Shown here in pieces: positions 24,701-34,782 of a stretch of DNA of 64,000 nt; within the stretch, counting starts at the first letter, position 1; every line of letters starts with the position of its first letter. The notes beneath the pieces are model-generated. The model had not been told where the DNA came from. It did no database searches and saw nothing but the letters and a program-made list of their open reading frames with translations. A program made the position numbers and the translations under genes. Location: positions 186,001 through 250,000 of the forward strand of contig JAVKOQ020000021.1 in the NCBI GenBank assembly GCA_031835245.2, read 5' to 3'. Source of the stretch: Balamuthia mandrillaris (Eukaryota).

Positions 24701-26136
24701 GCACGAGGATAAAGCAGAGGAAGCAAGAGGAATAGAAGAATGTGAAGCTACGGAAGAAGATGACGAACCAGAGGAAGAAAAAGGAGTACTAACAGTTGAA
24801 GAATGATGGAAGGAAGTGGATGAGGAAGAGGAAGAAGAAGCAAAGGAAGACGAGGACGGATTGTCCTCATGCGAATAAGACGATCCAAATCCACTGCTGT
24901 GTGGGGAAGAAAAAGAGGGATCGATGGGTGGAGAAAGCGATGATGGTGTTGTATCTTCGCTCGAACCGTTCTGATTAGAAGTGTTGCTTTTGGCAGTAGA
25001 TGAAGCACCTTCTTGCTGTTGTTCCGATTTTTGTTGCTGCCGTTGTTGTTGCCGACGAAGTGTAAGAAGACGATTGTTCTCAGCAGTAGAATTGGTACGG
25101 TATGTGTTACGCAGTGATGAATTTAACATGTTGCTATCCTATTGGGCCGAAGAACAAGAAATAAGATAGAAGAAGATTGAGGAATGAAGAAAGCAGAAAC
25201 CAGAGAGCAGAGAGGAGAGAGAGTGATAACGAACCTTGACTTCCATCATTCTTACTCCAGGATCCAACTCAAACTCTTCGCTGTCACTATCATCCTCGTC
25301 ATCCAAGCTGCTGCTATCGCTCACCGAGGAACTGCTGGGTTCCTCCGATTCTTCTTCCTCATCATCCCTTCGTCTTCTGTCTCTCGAATTTCGTCCGCCA
25401 CTATTATTACTATTAGCAGCAGCTTGTAACTGTCTTATTTCAAAGGCTCGTGGCAATGCTGTTCATGTATGTTTGTATGATGATAAAGAGAGAGAGAGAG
25501 AGAGAGAAAGAAAGAAAGAAACGACAAGAAAGAAACGACAAGAAAGAAACGACAAGAAAGAAACGACAAGAAACGACAAGAAAAAAAGAAACGACAAGAA
25601 AGAAAGAAAGAAACGACAAGAAAGAAACGGAAAGAAACGACAAGAAATGACAAGAAAGAGAAACGCAAGAAAGAAAAGATGAGGAAGAGAAGCAGCGAAG
25701 CAAAGAAGAAGAGGAAGAGAGAAGAAAAGGAAGAGAGTAGGAGAAGAAGCGGAGAGGAGAAAGAGAGAAAGAGAAGCAGAGAGGTGGGGTGTAGGAGAAG
25801 AAGCAGAGAAGCAGAGAGAAGCGGAGGAGATGGTAGAGAAAAGAGAAAGAGATAAAGAGAAGCAGAGAGGAGGGGATGAGAGAAGCAGAGAAGAAAGAGC
25901 AGAAAAGAGAGAGAGGAACCTCTTTCAATGACTAGACGAAAGGCGGGCAGAGGTTTGCGTCGGTATGGCGCAAAGGTGGTCCGGAGGTATTCCACCAACG
26001 TCTCCGTGTTGAACGCGGCCGGCGTCAGGTTGGCCCTATGCAGCGGAACTTGCTGCACGGTCATCCAGTCCACGATGCGAGGGATGAGCTTCGGATCGGT
26101 GGAATAGGGCGGATATTGGGTGCGTCGTCGCGGCAT
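21728..26136 (-). CDS. NVL: Nuclear VCP-like AAA+ ATPase (NVL2/Rix7), multi-exon
   Basis: Two AAA domains (GPPGCGKT twice, IFIDEID and FFDEVD), [30 protein letters not shown]-terminal nucleolin-binding-like [13 protein letters not shown]. Confidence 0.92.
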
Positions 26137-26419
26137 CCTTTTTTTTTTCCGTAAGAAGAACAAGAAGGAGAAGAAGAAGAAGAAGAAGCAAGAACAAAGA
26201 GCAAGCAAGGAAGAGAACAAGAAGAGTTTGAGCAAACTGATGCGTTGCTCCTTTCCTTTCTTTTTCTTTTCTTTTTTTCTGCTTGAGGAGCGTTTGATCA
26301 AATTTATTCGTGACGACATGATGAATAACAGATCATATAAAATTTTATGAAAAAGGATTGGCTCCGAAATTTCAACATGAGATTGCCAATCAAAAGAATC
26401 AAAAAAAAAAAAACAAAAG

Positions 26420-27935
26420 ATGATGAGAGTAACCCTAACCAGAGGCTTGAGGCCATCCTCTCCTCTTCCTTTTAAGCCCCACACCCATCCCCTCTCATTC
26501 TCTTCCTCTCGTCTTCTTCTTCAGCATCATCAACCACAAAAAAGATGGCGCTGCTCTGCTTCGCCGCCGTTGCCTCCGCCACCACGCTTTGCATGGCTGA
26601 AGTACGGCCTGTTGACGGCCGTCACCGCCGCCATAGGGAGCGCCAGCTACGTCGTGGGCTTTGCCAGTGGGTGCAGCCAAACGGCGGCCTCCAGCCTGGC
26701 TGTCGCCGAGGAGACCAGAGAGCTGCGGGAGGATATCATTGAGCAATGCCAACGCCTTCTTTTGGTTGGACCTTTGCTTTCTTTCTCTCTTGTCGTTTCT
26801 TTCTTTCTTTCTTTCCTTCTTTCTTTCTTTCTTGTCGTTTCTTTCTTTTGATACTCAAAGCATGCTCAACAGACTGCCAAAGAAGACCAAGGCTTTCCCG
26901 GCTGCACCATCGCTGTCATGAAAGAAGGAGAGCTCGTCTGGAGCCGCGCGCTAGGGTTAGCCGACGTGGAGAACGCGGTGGGCATGCGGCCCAACCATCT
27001 CATGCGGGTGGCCTCCATTTCCAAGTCGATGACCTCAGCCGCGGTGGGTTTGTTGTGGGAGAGAGGAAAGTTGGACCTGGATGCTCCTGTTAAGCGTTAC
27101 GTCCCAACGTTTCAGCCTTTGCCTCCTGCTTCCCAAAAGAATGAAGCAGAGAAAGCAGAGGAAGAGAGAAGGAATGGAGCTCATGAGAACGAAAAGGAGA
27201 AGGCAAAAGACGCTGAGCAAAACGATGGGAAGAAAAAAGATGAACAAAAGAACACAGGCGGCAAAAGAGAAGAAGAAGATGGAGAAAAGAAGAACGAGGA
27301 TAAGTGGAGCAAAGACCAAGTGGAGGAGAAGATAGAGAAAGAGATAACCACGAGAAGGGTTGCAGGGCACATAGGAGGCATTCGGCATTACAAAGACAGA
27401 GCAGAGTTTGAAAGCGCAAAACACTATGAGAACGTTTCTGACGCCCTTGCCATCTTCCAAAAGGACCCGTTGGATTGTCTTCCTGGAGAGAAGTATCACT
27501 ACTCCACTTATGGATGGAAGTCTGTTTCCCTTTCTTTTTCCTTTTCCTCTTTTCTTGTTGTCCTGTTCTTCTTTCTCAAGCTTTCTAGTTCTAGTTCTGT
27601 TTTGTTTACGTTTTCCTTCTTGTTGACTGTTTAATACATTTCTTCTTTTCGTCAGCCTTATAAGCGCTGTGGTGGAGGCTGCTTCCGGGGAAGACTTTCT
27701 CACGTTTATGCAAAATAACGTCTTTGATGTGCTGGGAATGAATCACACCCAACCAGAGTATCATGACCCAATTCTGCCCAATCGCACTCGTTACTACGTG
27801 CGCGATAATACCACCGGACGCCTTCGAAACGCGCCCTACGTGGATAATAGCAACAAATGGGCAGGTTCGTTCATATCTCATTGTCGTTTCTTTACTTCTT
27901 TTTAAAACCATTCTCTCTTTTCGTTAATTCTCTCT

Positions 27936-27975
<40 letters not shown>

Positions 27976-28609
27976 GCCGTTTGCCGGTTCTAACAAAACA
28001 AATAAAAGGAGGAGGATTCATAGCAACAGCAGAAGACGTGGCCAAGTTTGGCAATGCGTTGTTGGCCGGAGAGATATTGAAGTTCTCCACCGTATCGTTG
28101 CTGTTTAAACCACAGGTCGCTGTTCCTCGCTCTACCAAAGCAAAGAAATTCAAGAAAGGCCCAAGTATACATCTCCATTCTTCTTGCTTCTGCTTATATT
28201 AACTGCATGCGTTTTTTTTAACAAGTTCGTGATATGGGATATGGGATCGGTTTCTTTTCTATGGATGGAAAGTCTGTGAACGGTCACAAAACGAATAAAC
28301 AAGCCGAAGAAACCTTCGCTGCATTTGTGGAAGCCGAAGCCAACAAAAAGAACATCCCTGGTGAGACATACACTCGCATCTCGCAAGACCACATCATCTT
28401 TCACACTGGTACTCTCTTCCTTCTTACTAGCTTCTTCCTTCTTCCTTCTTCCCCCTTTTCTTTAGCCTCTAATACTTGGAATCACCAAAGGAGGAGCAGT
28501 GGGAGGCAGTTCCGTTTTGACGATACTTCCAGAAGAGGGCATTGTCGTTGCCATCATCACCAACCTCGAGAACGTCAACCTAGGAAGATCTTTCCATCGA
28601 AATTGCTGA
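26420..28609 (+). CDS. LACTB: Serine beta-lactamase-like protein (LACTB-like) with putative mitochondrial presequence
   Basis: MRVASISKS (SxxK), HIGGIRHY, YSTYG, YVDNSNKWAGGGF, HTGGAVGGSS; Arg/Ser/Leu-rich N-terminus; the last codons may be affected by a 1-nt indel. Confidence 0.85.
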
Positions 28610-28670
28610 ATGTTGGCAGAAGGAAGATAGAGTCAACGTTTGATAAGAATAGTGGTTTGTATATTTTTGT

Positions 28671-31600
28671 TTACAGTATATCTATATAATCTTTCAATTG
28701 AGGTGCAACCAACTTTAGACCTTTTCTCCGTCTGGTCTTCATCATTTCTTCGTAGGCTTCGCTTCCTTCCTCGAGAGGATCTCCTTCTATCATTCTCCAT
28801 CCATCAAAGAAGAATTGCGTCGTTGCCATTCTTCTTGCTTCTCCGCGTTCTGGTTCATCTGTCACCGATAACTCCTCTTCTAAGCCAAATGACTTTCGCA
28901 CAGGAAGCGAAGCTTGGATGGCATATTCAGTACCAATTCTTCTTGACCCACCCCCCTCTTCTGTAACGACTTTCTTTGCTCCTCTTGCTATCAACACTCG
29001 TCTTACTCTTTCCTTAACTTCTTCTGACCTCACGCGAATCTCCACCCAATAAACAGGTTCTAAGAGACGAGGCGAAGCACTCAACTGAGCTGCAACCAAC
29101 GCTTTGCGCACCGCCGGAATAATCTGCCCGTTTCCTCTATGAATGGCGTCGAATTGCAGCGTCACGTCGGCAATGTCAAAGCGGATGCCGTGCATTGGCT
29201 CCTCGCAAAGAATGCCTTGGCGAGTGGCCCAATGAAAGGCTAGCAGGCAGCCACCTTTCACCTCGTTCAAGTACTGAACTTGGTTGGTGGAGTCGACGAA
29301 GACGTTGCAGGATGGAGCGATGCTCCAGATGCGCTTAAAGGAGGGTTGTTGATGGTGCCAATGGAAGCGGTGGATGAGAAGATTGGTTCTCGAGTGTAAG
29401 AAGCGAAGGTAAACTTCTCTGCTGCCGTCTGCTTGATCTGTCTCTTCTTCTGGAGACAGAGAAAGCAATAGGTAAGCGAGTTCGTCTTCTTCATTCGCAT
29501 CAGCTTCTTCTTCTTCTTCGTAGTATTCATTCTTAAGCTTTTGATGAATCTTAGTCATTGCCTCTTTGAAGAAGGAGGAAGAAGGAGGAAGAGAATGAAA
29601 AATCGGTTGGGCTGTCAACCAGTATCGGTTGTGCTTGTTAGGGGATTTAGCCATGCAAGGTGTCGGCGAGTTGGCGCTTACCGTTTCTCTCAACCTTGCC
29701 ACAAATTCGCTTCTTAACAGGTTGAACAACTCGCTTCTTCTCCGTACTTTTTCGTTTTCTTTTTCTGTGTTAACTTCTTCTTCTTCTTCTTCTTCTTTTA
29801 GACAACTATCTCCTGAAGTGGCCGAAGACGAAGAAGAAGAAGAAGAAGAAGAAGAAGAAGAAGAACGAGAAGAAGAAGCATGAGAAGAAGAGATAAAGAA
29901 GGAATATTTGGCAAACCGATGAAGAAAGCGAAGAAGATGACGTTCGCTCACTCCAGCGATGACCAGTTCTCCTTCCTCCCAACCGTCATAACAGGGAAAG
30001 ACGATGAGCGCATCTGTCTTTGCCAACCCAGTCAACACTTGGTAAAGCGTTGGCAGACGAGCTACCGAAGCGGTATCGAGTTGGAGAGCTACACGAACAA
30101 CAGCTGAAGAAGACGAAGGACATCGCATCGGTCGTAAAAGACGTGAAGGTAGAAAAGAACAATCATCTTCCTTGTGTTGGAATAGCATTCCACCGTTACT
30201 ATAAAGAGGTCCATCAACGCCGAAAACACACACTAGAGAACCGCTTTGCACCACTGTTGCTTCTTGTAACTTTGCAGAAGATGCCAAAAGATACATGCTG
30301 GCAACTTCTTTCTCCACGATAGCATCTCCTATCTTCTTCTTAGTTAGATTCCGATATGCGAAGATGTCTTGCTGCAGATGAAATTGTGGCGTCATTACAT
30401 CTGACGAAACGATCTTCACCTTCTGACCTCGCTGTAACGTTCCCGAGAGAACTCTTCCGACACAACAAAGACTTGGAAGAAGAAGATTACAGCTTTCGTC
30501 TCCTCCCTTTTCTTCTTCTCGAAAGGCTTCCACCAACTTTGCAACATACACAACCAATGGACCTGAAGAATCGCAACTTCGCATTGACTCAACACAAACA
30601 TTTTCTTCTTCCGCTTCTTCTTCTTCGTGACGAGAATAAGTTGAAGAAGGGTGACGATAAAGCAGTTGATCGATGCGATGAGATTGCGCTTTGATGGGGG
30701 AAGGAAGATGGCGCACGATCGCTTCCAACAGCACTTCTCGCAACGGTAGAAAAGTTGACATAGCGGCTTGCATCAGTTTCTTCTCTCTTCCTTTTTCTTC
30801 CTCACGAAACTGGAAAACTATGTCCAACTTTGCAAAGTTTTGGGCGATGAGTTCCATCTCGTTCCTCATCGAAGCTTTGAGCATTGAATAGATGGGAGCA
30901 AGCACGAACCGACAGAACGAACGTACGTTGTTTTCTTTCTCATCTCTTTTCCAAAGTGTTGCTTTTCTGGTTCGTGGATTGAAGCTAACATCTCCCCAAA
31001 GAAAAGGCAACACATCTTCTTCTGCTTGTTGTTCATTTCCTGTTTCCTTTTGCTTCTTGTCTTCCTTTTCTTCTTTTTGTTGTTGCCATCGCCTCGACAA
31101 ATACTTTCGGTAGAACGTGGGGAGAGAGAAAGCCCATCCATGCTTTGCGCTTCCGAACACCACATTGCCTCTCACCGGATCCAACCGCAGTATGCCCTCT
31201 TTTCCACTCCTCTGCTCTTCTGTTTCTTTGAGGATGAGCTCATTGAGCTGTTGAATGATAGCGGAGAAGCGAGCATAGAGCTCTTCGGGAGAAAGCCGCA
31301 GAGCGAGAATGGACCTATCCAAGCGGTCGAGGAAGAGCACCGGCTGAACGCCCTCTCGAACCATCTGGCGAAGGATGTGACGAGTTTGACGAGAGACAAC
31401 CGAAAGGGAGGAAGAACAAAAGGGAGAAGAACAATCGACCAGGAGGAGAGCTCCGTCCGTGAGACGAAGAGCGGAGAAGAGGTCGGAGGCGGAGCAGTCG
31501 AGCAGAGAGGAAGTGGCTTCGAGAAAGGTGGCTTGAAAGGAACGTTGGCGTCGGCCGTACTGAAAGCGGAGAGAGCGCATTGCAAAAGAGGAAGAAGAGG

Positions 31601-31820
31601 AGTGAAGAAAGAAGTTGTTGTGTTGCGGCTCGTCGTTTTCATTTGCTTCTTCTCCTTTGGTCCCGCCCTCACGCTCCTCCGCTTCTTCTTCCTCGTCCCT
31701 TTCTGCCTTGCATGGCTGCGAGGAGGAGAGCAGCAGTTGATGGAGAAGAAGCGTGGGCGACTTGCCGTGTTGTCGTCGGACGTCGCCCACAATGGAGACC
31801 AAGCGGACGCTGTCTGCCAT
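28671..31820 (-). CDS. Divergent intronless eEF2-like protein with degenerate GTPase motifs
   Basis: ALRLTDGALLLVD, GNVVFGSAKHGWAF, HLPSP, GRVLSGT, RETVS..MAKSPNKHNR, EEPMHGIRF, DAIHRGNGQIIP, PRLLEPVY, RRRKGLK; an in-frame ATG further upstream at 31931 is also possible. Confidence 0.85.
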   Translation of the reverse strand: MADSVRLVSIVGDVRRQHGKSPTLLLHQLLLSSSQPCKAERDEEEEAEEREGGTKGEEANENDEPQHNNFFLHSSSSSFAMRSLRFQYGRRQRSFQATFLEATSSLLDCSASDLFSALRLTDGALLLVDCSSPFCSSSLSVVSRQTRHILRQMVREGVQPVLFLDRLDRSILALRLSPEELYARFSAIIQQLNELILKETEEQRSGKEGILRLDPVRGNVVFGSAKHGWAFSLPTFYRKYLSRRWQQQKEEKEDKKQKETGNEQQAEEDVLPFLWGDVSFNPRTRKATLWKRDEKENNVRSFCRFVLAPIYSMLKASMRNEMELIAQNFAKLDIVFQFREEEKGREKKLMQAAMSTFLPLREVLLEAIVRHLPSPIKAQSHRIDQLLYRHPSSTYSRHEEEEAEEENVCVESMRSCDSSGPLVVYVAKLVEAFREEEKGGDESCNLLLPSLCCVGRVLSGTLQRGQKVKIVSSDVMTPQFHLQQDIFAYRNLTKKKIGDAIVEKEVASMYLLASSAKLQEATVVQSGSLVCVFGVDGPLYSNGGMLFQHKEDDCSFLPSRLLRPMRCPSSSSAVVRVALQLDTASVARLPTLYQVLTGLAKTDALIVFPCYDGWEEGELVIAGVSERHLLRFLHRFAKYSFFISSSHASSSRSSSSSSSSSSSSSSATSGDSCLKEEEEEEEVNTEKENEKVRRRSELFNLLRSEFVARLRETVSANSPTPCMAKSPNKHNRYWLTAQPIFHSLPPSSSFFKEAMTKIHQKLKNEYYEEEEEADANEEDELAYLLLSLSPEEETDQADGSREVYLRFLHSRTNLLIHRFHWHHQQPSFKRIWSIAPSCNVFVDSTNQVQYLNEVKGGCLLAFHWATRQGILCEEPMHGIRFDIADVTLQFDAIHRGNGQIIPAVRKALVAAQLSASPRLLEPVYWVEIRVRSEEVKERVRRVLIARGAKKVVTEEGGGSRRIGTEYAIQASLPVRKSFGLEEELSVTDEPERGEARRMATTQFFFDGWRMIEGDPLEEGSEAYEEMMKTRRRKGLKLVAPQLKDYIDIL

Positions 31821-31977
31821 CGCCTGTCGGAGGGAGGGGTGCTGTGGGTGGAGAAAGAAAAAGAGAAAGCAAGCAAGACAGCGGGCCTTCTTCTTGTTTG
31901 CTTCTCTTTCGTTGTGTTCGGTGAACATCATAGCCCCAAACTATGAGGTTGAAAGCAAAAAAATGGGAAAAAGATAG

Positions 31978-32050
31978 TGCCTTCTGTGAGGATCGAACTC
32001 ACGACCTCCAGATTATGAGACTGACGCTCTACCGACTGAGCTAAGAAGGC
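31978..32050 (-). tRNA. tRNA-Met: Elongator tRNA-Met (CAT)
   Basis: GCCTTCTTAGCTCAGTCGGTAGAGCGTCAGTCTCATAATCTGGAGGTCGTGAGTTCGATCCTCACAGAAGGCA; cloverleaf with a TTCGA loop. Confidence 0.96.
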
Positions 32051-32454
32051 GCCTTGTGCTAATGAGCTCAAAATGAGCCCCAGGAGCGGAAGGCGCAGAG
32101 AGTTGGCAGCAGGCACAGCATTTGGCTTGCAGGCAGGAGAGGAGACTACCGATACTGTTTTGTGTGTCCGGATATATGGTTGCGCTTTCCTAGAAAAAAT
32201 GACCTGCTCCGTACAAACGGGAGCAATACGTGTATCGTCACGAGGAACCTCCGAGATAGCTCCAGCCTTGCCCCAATGGTTTTTGAGGGCGTTTTTTTTT
32301 TCTTTGTCGACTAAGACCTCGGGCTCTTTGGTCATGTCGAAAAATGGTGGGGCTTGAAAGAAAGGACAGCGACAAGACAAACAACGTGTTCACCCGCTTC
32401 TTCCCCTATAACGAGTTGAACTCCGCGACGACATGGTCCGTTCGGCCTTCTGGC

Positions 32455-32531
32455 CTTTGGCGGCGCTTGGAAAAAATGGCGGGAAAGCACAAACGGAAAC
32501 TTGTAACGGTTTTCCCGCCAGAATTTTCAAA
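32455..32531 (+). promoter_or_regulatory. Cell-cycle promoter cluster: two inverted E2F sites, MYB/MSA-like AACGG, CHR-like TTCAAA
   Basis: TGGCGGGAAA 32477-86 and TTTCCCGCC 32511-19, AACGG twice between them, TTCAAA 32526-31; ~370 bp upstream of the CDK start. Confidence 0.6.
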
Positions 32532-32890
32532 GCAGCAGGAGCTGACCGGGAGCAAAGTTTGTCTGCAGGAAGGCGCACCTCCTAGGCGGACAATATCGTT
32601 CCCTTTTTCCTCCCCTTTTGTTTTTCATTCTTGAAATTTTCTCTGCGCGTTTTGGTATTATTGGCCGATGAAAAAAAAATGGGGGTTTTAAAAAAAATTG
32701 AAAGCCGTAAAAAAAAAAAGTAGTGGTAAAACTCTTTGATCTGATCAGCAACCAAACAACTCCAGCACAGGTTTGTTCTTCTTCCTTTCCTCCTCCTCCT
32801 ACCTGATCCTTCTCATTTTTTTTCTCTTCCCTTCTGATCAGGTTCTCTGTTCCTTTTGTTTAGTTTTTTTTTAAAAAAAGAAAAATTATA

Positions 32891-33732
32891 ATGGACAAAT
32901 CCAAGGCTTCATCCGCTGCACAAAAGGCGCATCGCCTCTCCAAGTACGAGATCAAGGAGAAGCTCGGCGAGGGCACCTACGGAGAGGTCTACAAGGCCAT
33001 CGACCTGAGCACGCCGGACCACCGCGTCATTGCCCTCAAGAAAATGAGGCTCCTGGAGGCGGAGGACGAGGGCGTGCCGGCCACCGCTTTGCGGGAGGTC
33101 GCTCTCCTCAAAGAGCTTTCTCTTTGCCACAATATTGTTAGGTTCGTTTTTTGTTTCTTTCCTTCTCTTCTCCCACCTTTTCTTTTTTCTCTCTTTCTTC
33201 ATTGGATTCCATCAAACTTCTATATTTTTCTATTTTATTTTTTCTTGTGATTTATTTTGATGTTTTGTTCATTTCTTTCTTCCAAACAAAACCGCAAACA
33301 GCCTTTTGGACGTTGTACACAGTCACTCTACTCTTTATCTCGTGTTTGAGTTTTTGGACCAAGACCTCAAGCGATACGTCGAGTCGGTGCCCGGACCTCT
33401 TGCTCCCGAGTTGATCAAAGTGCGTTCTTTCTTGCCCTTCTATCTTCGTTCTTTTTTCTTCCTCTCTTTTTCATTTTCTCATCTGGAAAATGACAAACCC
33501 TACTATGCAAAACTCTAGAGTTATCTGTATCAGATGTTGAAGGGCATCGCCTACTGCCACTCTCGCCGGGTGCTGCACAGAGACTTGAAGCTGGCCAACC
33601 TCTTGATTGACCGTCAGGGCGCCCTCAAGCTTGCTGACTTTGGTTTGGCTCGCGCTTTTGGCATTCCCGTTCGGACTTATACTCACGAGGTCTTTCTTTC
33701 TCTTCATCTTTTTCCTTCTCTACTTTTCTCGT

Positions 33733-33772
<40 letters not shown>

Positions 33773-34422
33773 GGTTCTCGCTCCTCGTCCTCTTATATTT
33801 CTCTTTCTTCTCTTTTCTTCATTGCTTATTAATACTGTTCGAAACAAACAGGTTGTGACTTTGTGGTACAGAGCACCAGAGATCTTGTTGGGACAGAAGA
33901 GATACTCTACCCCCGTCGATATTTGGTCCGTTGGCTGTATCTTTGCTGAGCTTGTCACCAAACGGCCTCTTTTCCCTGGCGACTGTGAGATTGACGAGCT
34001 GTTCAGAATCTTCAGGTACTTTCTCTTCCTCATCTCTCTTCTTTTCTTGTCTATTCTGATATTCGGGACAAAAGAACCTTGGGAACACCAAACGAAGATG
34101 TATGGCCTGGCGTGACTGAACTGCCCGACTTTAAGGACACTTTTGGTCAATGGGATCCTCAACCCCTCTCTGAGATTGCTCCTGGTCTTGACCCTCTTGG
34201 CTTGGACCTTCTTGGCGTACGTCACTTCTTTCTTGTTCTTGTTTTGTTCTCTGCAACTCTTCTTCTTTCTTCTCTCCCTCTTTTCCCCTCTTTCCATCCA
34301 TATTGATTCGTTGTTTGAAACCACAGAAAATGTTGAAGTATGCGCCAGGCCAACGCATCTCTGCCAAAGAGGCACTGAACCATCCTTACTTTAACGATTT
34401 GGACAAGTCTGCTTTCCCTTAA
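32891..34422 (+). CDS. CDK1: Cyclin-dependent kinase, CDK1/2 family (PATALRE variant), multi-exon
   Basis: [56 protein letters not shown]. Confidence 0.93.
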
Positions 34423-34717
34423 ACGCAGTGAATAAGGTTTTTTGTTTTTGTTTTTGGTGGAGTGCAGATGATATGAAGAAGAAGAAGCGATGGAAGGATG
34501 TATTATCTCGTTTTTTGTGTGTTTATCCATTTGTTATTATGTTCTTTCTTTCAAACAACAAATCGAAGAAGAAAAGGAAGGAAGGAAGCAAAAGAAATGT
34601 CCATGTCTTTGGCAGACTTGGCACCTTTTTTTTTCCCTCCTTCTCGCCCCTCTTTCTTTGACTTCAGTCTCTCTCTCTCTCTTTTACTTTATCTTACTCT
34701 CACACTCTCTCATACTC

Positions 34718-34761
<44 letters not shown>

Positions 34762-34782
34762 CGCTTCGCTTCTTCTTTTTGT

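Noticed and set aside
28590..28643. Alternative LACTB C-terminus in a shifted frame (DLSIEIAECWQ)
   Set aside because: More likely a 1-nt assembly indel than programmed frameshifting; cannot be resolved without reads
32055..32280. SRP-like ACGGAGCAGGTCA, vault-RNA-like start and MRP-like GGGGCTCATT on the minus strand
   Set aside because: Partner motifs (helix-8 CAGG/GNRA, B box, correctly spaced CR-I) are missing; likely chance matches
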